A stretch of 64,000 nt of DNA from Podarcis vaucheri (Eukaryota). The translations under genes were made by a program, and so were the position numbers. The DNA is taken from the NCBI GenBank assembly GCA_965113315.1, contig OZ220363.1. One strand, written 5' to 3'. Shown here in pieces: positions 21,301 through 30,000 of the stretch. The notes below the pieces were generated by a model. It worked only from the letters and a program-made list of their open reading frames with translations, was not told the DNA's origin and ran no database searches. How positions within the stretch are numbered: position 1 is the first letter of the stretch; each line of letters starts with the position of its first letter.

Positions 21301-23560
21301 GTTGTGAACTTCTCTGAGATCTAAAGTTATAGGGCAGTATACAGATTTAAATCATCATCATCATCACTACTATTTGAAATTAAAATAAAAAGTAAGAACA
21401 AGTCGGATCACACAACAAGATGTTGCCATGTATCCACTATTCATAACAGGAGTGCTTCTGTCCAGGGCTTTACCAGTGTGGAACTTTGAGCCTTGTTTGA
21501 GTTTAGCAGGTGAAAGGGAAGACTGCTCTCTTACTACTGCTCTTCTTGTTTTGCATTTGTTGGGAAATGGAATAATATCTACAAAGATATATATTCTTTT
21601 CTTGTTTCCTATCCTCCTGAAATCACTGTATTATAGAGCACTTAGGCTCTGGTATAGAGTTGACTTCCAGGCTCCAGTACTTGAGGACTTTACTGCTATG
21701 CAGCAGAAGGAGGAAAGATTATAGAGAGTGTAAAAGGAGCAAGGTGTCAGCTTCCTCACCTTTATGAAAAAAAACCCACATAGCATGGGGATGGGAGGTA
21801 ATAAAACACCTTGTGGAAGCTTACCTGCTTCCCTTCCCTCTCCATGCTAAAGCTGTCACACTTCAGCAAACCAATGTCCCACTTCTTCCCCTTCCTTAAT
21901 TTAAAAAATCTTGAACTGGACTCAACTGCCCTCAATATTTCAAATGTCCTGGAACTCAATGAATGTAGGTTTTTGTTTAGTCATTTGGGGGTTCCTCTCC
22001 AAAATGTACAGCTACGTTTTTTAAAATGTAAGCTTATAGTTGCAAGGTAGTCCTGCTTTTTTTTTTGTACAAAAAAATCTATCCTACCTTTATGTTGCAT
22101 ATGCAATACTCAGGGTGAGTAAGAGCAGCTAAAACAAACTGTGAACTGCAGTAGCATTCCAAAATACATAACTGGGAAATTAAAGACAACATGGGTGGTA
22201 ACAAAGATGGCAGCTATAAGAGGGATATGGCATTATACAAAGAAAGAGATATAGTGTGTTCTAAAATACTTTGCTCCACACAATACATTCTGCTTGACTT
22301 ACAACATTGTGTAACACAATGCTGGATCCGCAAGCACCTATGAATTGCAAGACCAGAGAATAATACTCATGCAGAGTATCTTATCTCTCCTGAGCAGAAA
22401 CACTTCTTCTTTGTCTGGATTAATTCTTTTTAACAGTTAGCAGCCATCAAACCCATTACTGGTTCCAGACACTGATTCAGAACTTCAGCAGCTTTCCTGG
22501 TACTCATGGCCACCAGATACCCCCTCCTCCTGTTGAAGAAGGAATGCTATTAATTAGCTATAAATTATATTTCTCATCTGTATTCAATTTTGCTTCCAAT
22601 TGAAATATATTGCAATAAAATCTCTTCCCCCCTCCCCCAAATTTGCAGGTACGATCTCGTGGATTTGAAGAAAATGCTGGCCTGGATGATGTAGAAAAGC
22701 CAGTGAATGGCATTGATGAGAAGTCCTGTTCCACAAATGAAGATAAAATGGAAACAGGTAAATATTGCTTGCTATTGTGCAGTTTCAATGCCTGATCTGG
22801 AATGCAGACTGGGTATGTTTGCTTCCCAGGTTAAATCCGTTGTCTACATTACCTGTAGCAGTGTGATTGCTGTCATTCCACAGCTGGTCCAAAAAGGGCA
22901 AGCAATTTCTCCTATACAGTGGTGCCTTGCAAGACGAAAATAATTCGCTCTGCGAGTCTTTTCGTCTTGCGATGTTTTTCGTCTTGCGAAGCACGGTCCG
23001 TCGCAACTGCGCCTCTTCAAGCGGCTTTAAGAAAAAAGCACAAGACGTTTTCGTCTTGGGAAGCAAGCCCATAGGGAAATTCGTCTAGCGAAGCAACGCA
23101 AAACCGAAAAACCCTTTCGTCTAGCGAGTTTTTCGTCTTGCGAGGCATTCGTCTTGCGGGGCACCACTGTATGATTAAGGCTGTTACACACCATTCTAGC
23201 ATTGCCTACCCATTAGGGCTATAGTTAGTATGGTATGTAATTGCACAAATAAGAATTGTGGACTTGCTGAATTTGAGTAGGGCTCTAGTTTGATTCTAAA
23301 TAGGAAATCTCTGTATGTGTGAACTTTCTTTCTTCCTAGACTTGAGCGAGCCAGTTTCCTCCACTGCAGATGAGCAATCAACTACAGACCTTTTTGCCCA
23401 GATTGATATACTTGCTCCGCAGTTTACTTCTGAAAATCTTCTCAACTATTCAGTGAGTGAACTCTTTGAAATGCAAGAGAAACTACATAGCATGACAAAC
23501 TGTATTATGAAAAGCCTCCAGGCTCGTTGGAAGTCACCAACCCAGGAAAGCACTGTTTAA
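822..23560 (+). CDS. RIF1: RIF1 (replication timing regulatory factor 1), spliced CDS span, 5'-incomplete, 27 coding exons
   Basis: Exons join in phase into ILCSAKRLKLLMQPLSSIHVRTE...SPSTSILKRG...RRVSFANPIY...ARGLGQLIRAKNIRTVGDLSSLT...WKSPTQESTV*, recognisable as vertebrate RIF1; all introns GT-AG. Confidence 0.97.
1160..1365 (+). mobile_element. tRNA-derived SINE remnant (CORE/MIR-like)
   Basis: ggagaccaaagttcaa...cttgggccagttactgtgtctcagcctaacc...ggagaaaaggtgggatataaatgtaataaata; similar to 48760-48966. Confidence 0.55.
1712..1826 (+). CDS. RIF1: RIF1 exon (VCVPLIQST...HKS)
   Basis: tttag acceptor, gtagga donor, phase 0 to 1. Confidence 0.9.
2322..2492 (+). CDS. RIF1: RIF1 exon (AFPNGTP...IQLLGIEMLLHFFMGPE...LSL)
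   Basis: tttag / gtaatg, phase 1 to 1. Confidence 0.9.
2615..2725 (+). CDS. RIF1: RIF1 exon (PLQHSVITSPSFFCKHA...KDAS)
   Basis: cttag / gtaaga, phase 1 to 1. Confidence 0.9.
2877..2939 (+). CDS. RIF1: RIF1 exon (TSLSAIWKAMIRFVKGAIES)
   Basis: ttgcag / gtaagt, 63 nt. Confidence 0.88.
3374..3474 (+). CDS. RIF1: RIF1 exon (SKRERQSSDVLTMLLQALKNIV...KSM)
   Basis: ttttag / gtaagt. Confidence 0.9.
3880..3966 (+). CDS. RIF1: RIF1 exon (SLIEITIKELPPKVLGSPAYQVADMDLLN)
   Basis: ctttag / gtaagt. Confidence 0.92.
4333..4639 (-). mobile_element. Sauria SINE, near full length
   Basis: aaaggtaaagggacccctgaccattagg (ACCTTT tail on minus strand) to ggtttagaccacagcg; tRNA B-box-like gggattcgaa; TSD ttgaatata at 4324-4332 and 4640-4648. 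Confidence 0.88.
4821..5460 (-). mobile_element. Internally deleted mariner DNA transposon
   Basis: 40-bp TIRs (35/40 match) flanked by TA; minus strand keeps SASETHKMLTIVYGDEAV (HTH) and PPYSPDLAPPDFFLFPKLK (mariner YSPDLAP motif) fragments. Confidence 0.9.
5699..5772 (+). CDS. RIF1: RIF1 exon (GTPALFLIQLSFHEDLLKCYVQDE)
   Basis: tgctag / gtaggt. Confidence 0.9.
6000..6180 (+). CDS. RIF1: RIF1 exon (FFLNYESLVGCVLSGPTSPL...WINQ)
   Basis: aatcag / gtacag. Confidence 0.92.
6439..6546 (+). CDS. RIF1: RIF1 exon (TNEVNQGDALEHNF...EFPQ)
   Basis: ctttag / gtaaga. Confidence 0.92.
6653..6802 (+). CDS. RIF1: RIF1 exon (PTMKTLLRSWSELYRAFARCA...EADI)
   Basis: ttacag / gtaagt. Confidence 0.92.
6810..6994. 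mobile_element. CpG-rich MITE with CAGTCAT...ATGACTG ends, immediately after a RIF1 splice donor
   Basis: gtaagta|cagtcatc...gggtatgactg; abrupt GC/CpG-rich segment in an AT-rich intron. Confidence 0.65.
7098..7197 (+). CDS. RIF1: RIF1 exon (NQSMLDGLAHITSVMVDCINF...SNR)
   Basis: tttcag / gtaagg. Confidence 0.9.
8319..8583 (+). CDS. RIF1: RIF1 exon (PQMPADWSKKKKDPLGKL...FYEKI)
   Basis: ccttag / gtgagt, phase 1 to 2. Confidence 0.9.
9287..9314. repeat. (GATT)n microsatellite
   Basis: gattgattgattgatt run. Confidence 0.9.
9609..9651 (+). CDS. RIF1: RIF1 43-nt exon (STNASKVTNGLNNK)
   Basis: catcag / gtaatt; required to restore phase 2 to 0 between flanking exons. Confidence 0.82.
10171..10373 (+). 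CDS. RIF1: RIF1 exon (FEKLLAESISC...QFWNATFGK...PEEL)
   Basis: ttccag / gtaaga. Confidence 0.92.
10649..10785. mobile_element. Palindromic hAT-type MITE
   Basis: cttcctcaacctcggccctccaga...tctggagggccaaggttgaggaag inverted ends; perfect 8-bp TSD ctttagac (10641-10648, 10786-10793). Confidence 0.85.
11365..11464 (+). CDS. RIF1: RIF1 exon (CVLCQAKQKNLLSLPGFE...SDS)
   Basis: tttcag / gtaagt, phase 2 to 0. Confidence 0.87.
12174..12308 (+). CDS. RIF1: RIF1 exon (QTENSQWDAKISGIE...TPSK)
   Basis: ttacag / gtaaga. Confidence 0.87.
12626..12771 (+). CDS. RIF1: RIF1 exon (MKLENS...DFVFIPPETKERVLTEHQKEVLRTK)
   Basis: aagcag tandem acceptor / gtttgt; conserved LTEHQKEV motif. Confidence 0.88.
13092..13181 (+). 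CDS. RIF1: RIF1 exon (IDIPTMYNNLDASQDT...EDY)
   Basis: ttgcag / gtaagt; DIPxMYNNLD motif. Confidence 0.92.
13264..13330 (+). CDS. RIF1: RIF1 67-nt exon (DKPASVDMKEEPEKEENKTVPQ)
   Basis: ttttag / gtatct; needed to convert phase 2 to phase 0 before the giant exon. Confidence 0.8.
14101..17007 (+). CDS. RIF1: RIF1 giant 2907-nt exon, intrinsically disordered region ending with SILK motif
   Basis: atgcag acceptor, AAG|gtactt donor; 969 open codons with RRQSFITLEKF, RYQTRR and WSPSASPSTSILKRG motifs. Confidence 0.95.
16138..16191 (+). repeat. Perfect 18-bp x3 in-frame coding tandem repeat (KKEGSP)3 in RIF1
   Basis: aaaaaagaaggtagccca repeated three times. Confidence 0.95.
18498..18644 (+). CDS. 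RIF1: RIF1 exon with RVSF PP1-docking motif (SRRVSFANPIYQEELADDIDRRSP...)
   Basis: gaacag / gtaata. Confidence 0.93.
19175..19252 (+). CDS. RIF1: RIF1 78-nt (26 aa) S/K-rich cassette exon (LITTPTKGSLSPGSRSHKYKSSKKCL)
   Basis: atccag / gtaaga; same length, position and KSSKKCL end as the mammalian RIF1-L-specific exon. Confidence 0.88.
19349..19464 (+). CDS. RIF1: RIF1 exon (ITEMVKEPLPNPTECIYPALVGC...ITSNI)
   Basis: tttaag / gtaagt. Confidence 0.9.
19654..20053. mobile_element. TA-flanked non-autonomous DNA transposon (CCGTATTTTTC-type TIR) with GC-rich internal minisatellite
   Basis: ta|ctatattttttccgtgtataagaatgc ... gcatcttatacattgaaaaatacgg|ta; the same right end occurs at positions 1-14. 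Confidence 0.7.
20640..20770 (-). mobile_element. 3' end of a non-LTR retroelement with (TTA)-type tail
   Basis: ataataataattt...gtaccccgcccatctggctgggtttccccagccactctgggcggctt; related fragments near 12005-12066 and 17180-17226. Confidence 0.55.
21017..21170 (+). CDS. RIF1: RIF1 exon, C-terminal domain (ARGLGQLIRAKNIRTVGDLSSLT...YHDQQ)
   Basis: gctaag / gttagt. Confidence 0.93.
22649..22757 (+). CDS. RIF1: RIF1 exon (VRSRGFEEN...KMET)
   Basis: ttgcag / gtaaat. Confidence 0.88.
22917..23169. mobile_element. TA-flanked Tc1/mariner-type MITE, CpG-rich, internal TTCGTCTTGCGA repeats
   Basis: 22-bp TIR cagtggtgccttgcaagacgaa / ttcgtcttgcggggcaccactg (2 mismatches), TA on both sides. Confidence 0.9.
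23340..23560 (+). CDS. RIF1: RIF1 last coding exon (...LFEMQEKLHSMTNCIMKSLQARWKSPTQESTV*)
   Basis: tcctag acceptor, TAA at 23558-23560. Confidence 0.93.
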
Positions 23561-24369
23561 TCATCTGTACTTATCTCTCAGAAGAGAAGACTTCATAGTG
23601 AGACATTTTTGTTTCTAAAATCCCTTTATTTTTATTTGAGCTGAACACTCACTTAAAAACATCCCAGAAGAATAAGAGATCTTCGTCACTCAAGGCAGGT
23701 ATGGCATCAGTCTGTATATCTTAATAAGTAAGTTTGGTACATTCACTATTCAAGTGTTTTTATTGCCGTTGCGCACAGTTTCCCACAAAAAAATCAACTT
23801 GCTGAGTATTTTAACTATATTTTTGAATGCAGATTTATATTTTATTTCTATATTTAAAAACAACAACAAAGTTCACTATGCGGAATGAATCTTGAGATGC
23901 TGAGTGATTTACCAAAAGTGATGCCAACTTTTTTGCTACTGGTGTTTTGGAAAACAGTGGCTCTATAGTCTGTCTTCATATTAAGATGTGCTGTACTTAA
24001 TTAGTGCTTCAAAAAAAAAAGTATTTCCAAACAATTTTTCTACCATTTCACAGTTCTATTTTTGCATGCAATTATGCAAAAAGGAGAAAAATGTATATTG
24101 GTATGAAATTCTGATGCAGTATTTTCAAGCTAAAATCTCATGTGCTACAGAATTTTTATATTTATCAGAGTTATACTTGTCCCACTCTCAGAGTCATGTC
24201 AGTTAGACATAAATAACTGTACATTATGTGTAGATAATAGCAATTCTAGACATTATTAATTATGATCTGAGATTTGTTAAAACATTGGATGGGAAAAATT
24301 GTGTTTGTATAAAGCACACAGTTTGCCGTTCTGGAGAAGTAACAATGGGATCTGTTTCACTTATTTGGA

Positions 24370-24397
24370 AATAAATATATATGTATATATGAATAAA
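24370..24397 (+). terminator. Candidate RIF1 polyadenylation signals (two AATAAA)
   Basis: AATAAA at 24370-24375 and 24392-24397, about 0.8 kb after the stop, followed by T/GT-rich sequence. Confidence 0.5.
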
Positions 24398-26831
24398 ATA
24401 ATGAACTCTTATTTAGAATTGTATTTTGAATAGAACTTGGTTTTAATTGTGTCTTGATTTAATGGATCTGGCAGTTCCTTTTTCATCTAAAGCTGTTGAA
24501 ATGGGCTTTGAAAAGGGAATCTAAGTAGAGCTTGGAGAGATACCCTCCTCCCACTTGAGGTCTTGCGTGGTCCTATTATTTAGTGTCTTTTAGTGCTTGT
24601 CCTTCATTGGGCTAGTTTCAGGTTACATAGTGTGTGGCCTCTTCATGCTGTTTTGCTGGCTGGGGTTGATGGGAATTGGGCCTAAAACTCCGGGAGGGCA
24701 TCATGTTGCAGGAGGGCACTCTAAATATTTTTCTTTGAAATATATGCTTATATGTCTACCCAGAACTTTACAGTTTGGTATGTGGGTGTAGATTGATCAA
24801 CATCATGATATGAGATACTTTGTTCTGACTGAATTCAGTGCTGAGCTTTTAGATACTTATAAGGTTAGTATGTATTGCTACTAGCATTTAATCACTCTGT
24901 CATGTGGCAGTGAGCTACACCCAGAATTAGCCTGTCGTCCCCCCCAAATCTGTGTTAGATACAAACAGGTTTCAATCTGAGTAGGGTTCTCAGCTGATAA
25001 CTGAGTCTTTTTTCATTGTATATTTGCATATGAAAGAGGTCTGAAGGGAAAATGTTTTGTTGCAGTAAGTGATTTCTTTTGTGTGTGTTTTTAGGTTTTT
25101 ATTGTTTAATTGGTTTTAGTATTTAATTTGTGTCTGTAAGTTGATTTGAGTCATTTATTAAGTGTTTTACTCAGAAAAATATGAATGATTAAAGAGACAT
25201 TCTTTCTGCTAAGATACAAAATCAAGGAAACTTTGTAGTAGCTTAGAGTTTTTAATGTAATGAATTCCATTGATTGTTGCGTCCCATCTATATAGACGCA
25301 GATAAAATAAGAGGATGTATTGCAGAAGAGGCAGGTTATGTACTATGTTGGTAGAGCTGGTAGGAGCTTTGTTGAATTCCCAAGGGATGGGAAACTGCTT
25401 AATATGGAGTCACAGTTTGAGAGTGTGCTATGGGCCACATTTCACTCCCACCCTTCTGTGGTGGCTACTCTTACCTTGCAGCTGCATTTCTCAGATTTCT
25501 TCAGGTGAAAGATGCTCTTCTTTAGCAGTGTAACTTGTCTCATCCCAGAAGGAGGTGTTTCTGCAGGAGCTAGTCAAACCATTCATCACCACAGTTGCGA
25601 GAGACAGTGCCGAGGTATGTTAGCCCTAAGGTGTTTGGGGGATCCTACAGCAGGCTTCTCCTGGCTCTTGGGAGGAGGGTGTGTGTTAGTAAATATTTTC
25701 CCCTTCGCTGGGTGATACGCTACAGTGATACATTGCAATATTGAAAAGCTTGATGTTTGGCTGGTGATACAGCACAGTGCTGAAAAGCAGGGGGAGGAAC
25801 AAGCTGCATCCGCCCCAAACGACCCTGGTGTGTTGCAGGACTGGGGCTAATGCAGCTTGTTCCTCCTTCTGCTGCACTGAGGAAGGAATGAGTTGCATCA
25901 ACTCCAGCGCCTTCACCCTGTGGTATCGTGGGTGAAACCACCGTTGCACTCTGGTCCTGTATCGTCCTGGGCGATACATCAGTTGATGAACGGTGTCAGT
26001 TAAGGTTCCTTTCCTCTCAATGACATCAGATGAATAGCAAGAGTCTGTTGGCTACAGGGAAGAACTGGGAGGAGCTAGCAGCATTTGTGCCTATCCATGG
26101 TTCTGGATTTCCTCTGCACACATCCATTTGGAATTGAGCATCCAGTGTTCTGTTTCTCCCCTCTCCCCACCTCCAGCATAAATTAAGCACATACCTACAT
26201 TTGCAGAGCTGTGAAATTTATTAGTCACCACTTGGAGAGGGAATCACAGTACCAGAACCAAAGAACACTCAGATGAATAAGGCATGCATCAGCGTTCTGT
26301 AAGCAGACAAGAGGAGAGGCTTTCCCACATATAGTTTGGCTGGTTTGAGATGTTAGCTTTACATAATTGCTTACTTGAAACAGAAATAAATACATTTGGC
26401 TATTTTTATAATATCACAGGAGAACACAACATCTCTTGATAAGAAAAGCATTAAAACCAACACAGATTAGATGTTTCATTAAAAAAAGAATAAGATTAGT
26501 TTGGACTATGAACTTGATTCCAAACAAAGAGGTTGACAATACAGTGGAACTGAGAGCCAAACAATTCTCTTTTAGATAATGTTTGAATACACAAGTCCAT
26601 TTAATCAAGGTAGTGATGGAGGCTGCCATGTTGGTATTTCCCACTGGTTCTGTGATAACTAGAATGAGAGAATGTTTGTTGTGTAAAAGGCAATGCATAT
26701 ATCATATATCAATGGGAAAATAATAAGGCACCTGAGAAAGTGTTTAAGGATTATAGCGGGCAGCCATTTTGTGAGGTGCCTTTTTATTTACCTTGTCAAA
26801 ATGTCTCATGGAATATTCCCTCCATTTTGGC

Positions 26832-27005
26832 TTAAACAGCTTCTACATAGTTAGCTGGAAGCATGCCTGTTTTGCCTGTTCTTTGCACAGTCCCATACAT
26901 CCAGCCTTCATCAATGGCCTGGACATTGACGATTGCATCACCATCTTTGAAGGAGACTTCATCAGCATCTGCTGCAGTATAGTCATACATGGCACGATAC
27001 GTCTT
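26832..27005 (-). CDS. NEB: NEB last coding exon, SH3 domain ([19 protein letters not shown]...[11 protein letters not shown])
   Basis: ccacag acceptor; TAA at 26834-26832; canonical SH3 motifs. Confidence 0.96.
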   Translation of the reverse strand, partial: KTYRAMYDYTAADADEVSFKDGDAIVNVQAIDEGWMYGTVQRTGKTGMLPANYVEAV

Positions 27006-30000
27006 CTGTGGTGGTCATTTTAAAAGAAGAATAAATGCTATTAGATTATTACCGTACATGCAGTATGTTGGGATAATCCATTTAAAATACCTTCAGTTTG
27101 CATTAAATTGCAATAATTTATTGAACTCTTATGATTATAGTGGTAGAAATGCTGGTCATCAAAAAATTTTTTTTATTGTGAGTTGCTTTGAGCTCAGCTT
27201 TGTTGGTATAAAAGATTATATAAATATTAAATGAGTGTTTAGAAATAAGACTTGTTCTCTCTTCCATCAGTAAATGTACATTCAATATAACAATGCTGAC
27301 CATTAATTTAGACATGTAGGTTTTTCTCCCCAATGCAACACAGGAATGCAATTCAGAAATCTATTTCTTTGTACTTGTTACTCTTGCCATATGATAATTT
27401 ATTTTCCTTACCCCTGCAGTAGATGGATGAGAGGGGATGGAAGAGACTGTTGTCTGCTGGGTAGCAACAGAAGATGACCGTTGTTGTGGCAGCTCTACAG
27501 TTTTAGCGTGTTTGTAGTCCACTGGAAAGGGAAATGAAAAAACTGAATAATGAGAAACCAGCTGGAAGCTTTGATTCTCTTCAATAATTTCGCTGTGTTT
27601 TAATAAAACTTAAATGGGGCTTGGTTGCATTTTATGAAGGAATGGTGACAGCAGATGTAAATCAGCAAAGATGATGTGGCTGTATCATTTTAGATAAATC
27701 GTCCTACTTTTTTTAAAAAAAGCAAGAATATTGGTGTACAGAACTATATTCTACCAGTGTGCTAACCCCCCCCCCCCCCCGGGCTTGTCCAACGTTTGCT
27801 ATTTTCTGCCCAAAAGGACTTAGAACTATTATCTGAAAGATAAATAAAGCTCTTTAGGACAAAGTGTCCCTGCTATCTCTAATAGTATATAGCAGCTTGC
27901 ATTGAACTAGCTACTGCATTTTTTGGCAATTCTGATTTGTTAGTGCTGCCTGTCCATTATAATCACACTACCCAAATTCACCTGAGTTGAGTTTTGAAAC
28001 ATTACTGCATCATTTATTCCCTGTCTCCCCAGCCTGGCCACCTTCACTCCATGTTCCTGTATGATCAGATTTGCAAGAAGCCCCAACTTAATAAATATTC
28101 AAATTTGTAGTTATGTCACTGGGGGAAGAGGGACAGAATTGTTTCCTGCAAAGCCTCTTTGTCTTTGGTCCTTATGAAACATATGGAAAAGTAACCATAA
28201 CAGACGGTCTTAATGTTTTTTTGTTTTGTTTTTACAATTTAATTGTTAATATTATTAAAAGGCAAGGCTTTGAACCTTGCCCCCCCTCCCCCATCGCCTT
28301 GAAATAGCAGTACACACAACCTGAAAAGGTATCCCTGCAAGACGAGTGCAGTCTTGAGTCCCTTGTACCTGCTGTAGTTGTGGTAAAGAAGCCTCCATTG
28401 CTGTAATAGGACATGTGCTGATCGGCAGCCTCTGAATGCTCAGATTTTTCATCTCCAGCACTGAGGCTCAGTGCACTGGCAGAGCGGGATTGCTCTCGGC
28501 TACGTCGCTGGGCTTGAACTAGGCAAGAAAGATGAAGAAATTTACAGTGATGTCTTGAGGAGGAGCGTACTTGGTCAAAGGCAAAATTAACTAAAAATCA
28601 AAATGGAAAGTTACATTGTGGAGTGTTTAAAGCAAGTTTGTATCCATCCACAGCCATTTGCATAATGTTAGAGGATGCAAAACATACCAGTAATCAAGTG
28701 TAAGCTTCTAGATTGAATGTTGTCTTCTGCTGGGTCATAGTCAAAGACTGATCCAGGATTAGTACGCCACACACGAAGATCTGCAGAAGACAGGTGGGTG
28801 GGGTATTTTAGTTTTATCCTTCGCCTCTGACTTCATAGGTATAAGAAAACACATTTGCAGAATCCAACAGGTCTTAAAATGGAATCCACACAGCAAAAAA
28901 CTAATTTAGGAAATGCTTTGCAACTCACAGCTGAAATGTGACTTGACCAGAATTCTTAATGAATGGGAAAGAATGTTTTTCTTTTACATTTTAACACTGT
29001 TGACCCACCACCAACAAAAAAAGTTGCACCATTAGGGAAGAGCCCTTAGCGCAGTTGTCGAATGTATCATTTGCATGTACATTCTCCAGTATCTGGTAGG
29101 TAGGATATGTGCCTGGAGCACCACTGATAGCAGGAGGTGACCAGCCCCAGATGGAGTGCAAATACAGTGCAGCCGTAAATGGTACAGATAAGTGGTTGGA
29201 GTAGATGATAGTAGGCCAAATGGACCACTTCAGTATAAGGCACTTTCTCATGAATTAGTATGTGTGGTCCTCGAAAATATGTAAGGTAAGGAAGAAGTGA
29301 ATTGTCCAAGCAGATTTGGTTAACTGGGAACAATTACAAGCATAGGATTCAGGACTCATGTATTCAATATCAATTTAACAAGGCAGAAGAGTGTGTGTGT
29401 TTGATTGTTTATGATGTGAAATCACATCACTATAAATAATTTTCTACATATATTGTCAGCTGTGACCATTATGTGAAGTTAACTTACAGAGGGGGAAAAC
29501 CAAAGCATAAAATCAGAGTACCTGTATTCATTTCTTGATCTTGATCTATCCGTTTTCGCTCCATTTCCACAACTCGTCTCTGAATGCCCCTGTAGTTAAT
29601 ATCACTGAAATCCTGCATGTTCTTCTTGACACGTTCTGTTATGGGGTCAGTAACTACAGGTGTGAAGCTGCCTTTGCTCTTTTCAAAGTCTTCATGGTAT
29701 TTCACCTGGAATTTTCAAGGTAAGACATGGGTAGCTGGAATGGACATGCCATTAATTGTAGAAGGCAAGCAGAAATATAAATTCCTTATCTAGGTCAGAA
29801 GTACAAGTAAACTTCACTGTGTTCACCAGATATGTCCATTTATTGCAGTTTCTGTGACAGCAAACCTGATCTCTGCATTAGGGCTAGGCGATATTTGGTT
29901 TTCAGCATCATCATATGTCACCAGCTAAACATACACTATATACAGATACCACGATGTCTGAAATAAGGATGATAGCTTCATGGTTTTCCCCGAATTGGGA

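Noticed and set aside
22646-22654. CAG|GTACGA as a recursive splice site
   Set aside because: The GT is simply the first Val codon of a normal in-phase RIF1 exon in a short intron context
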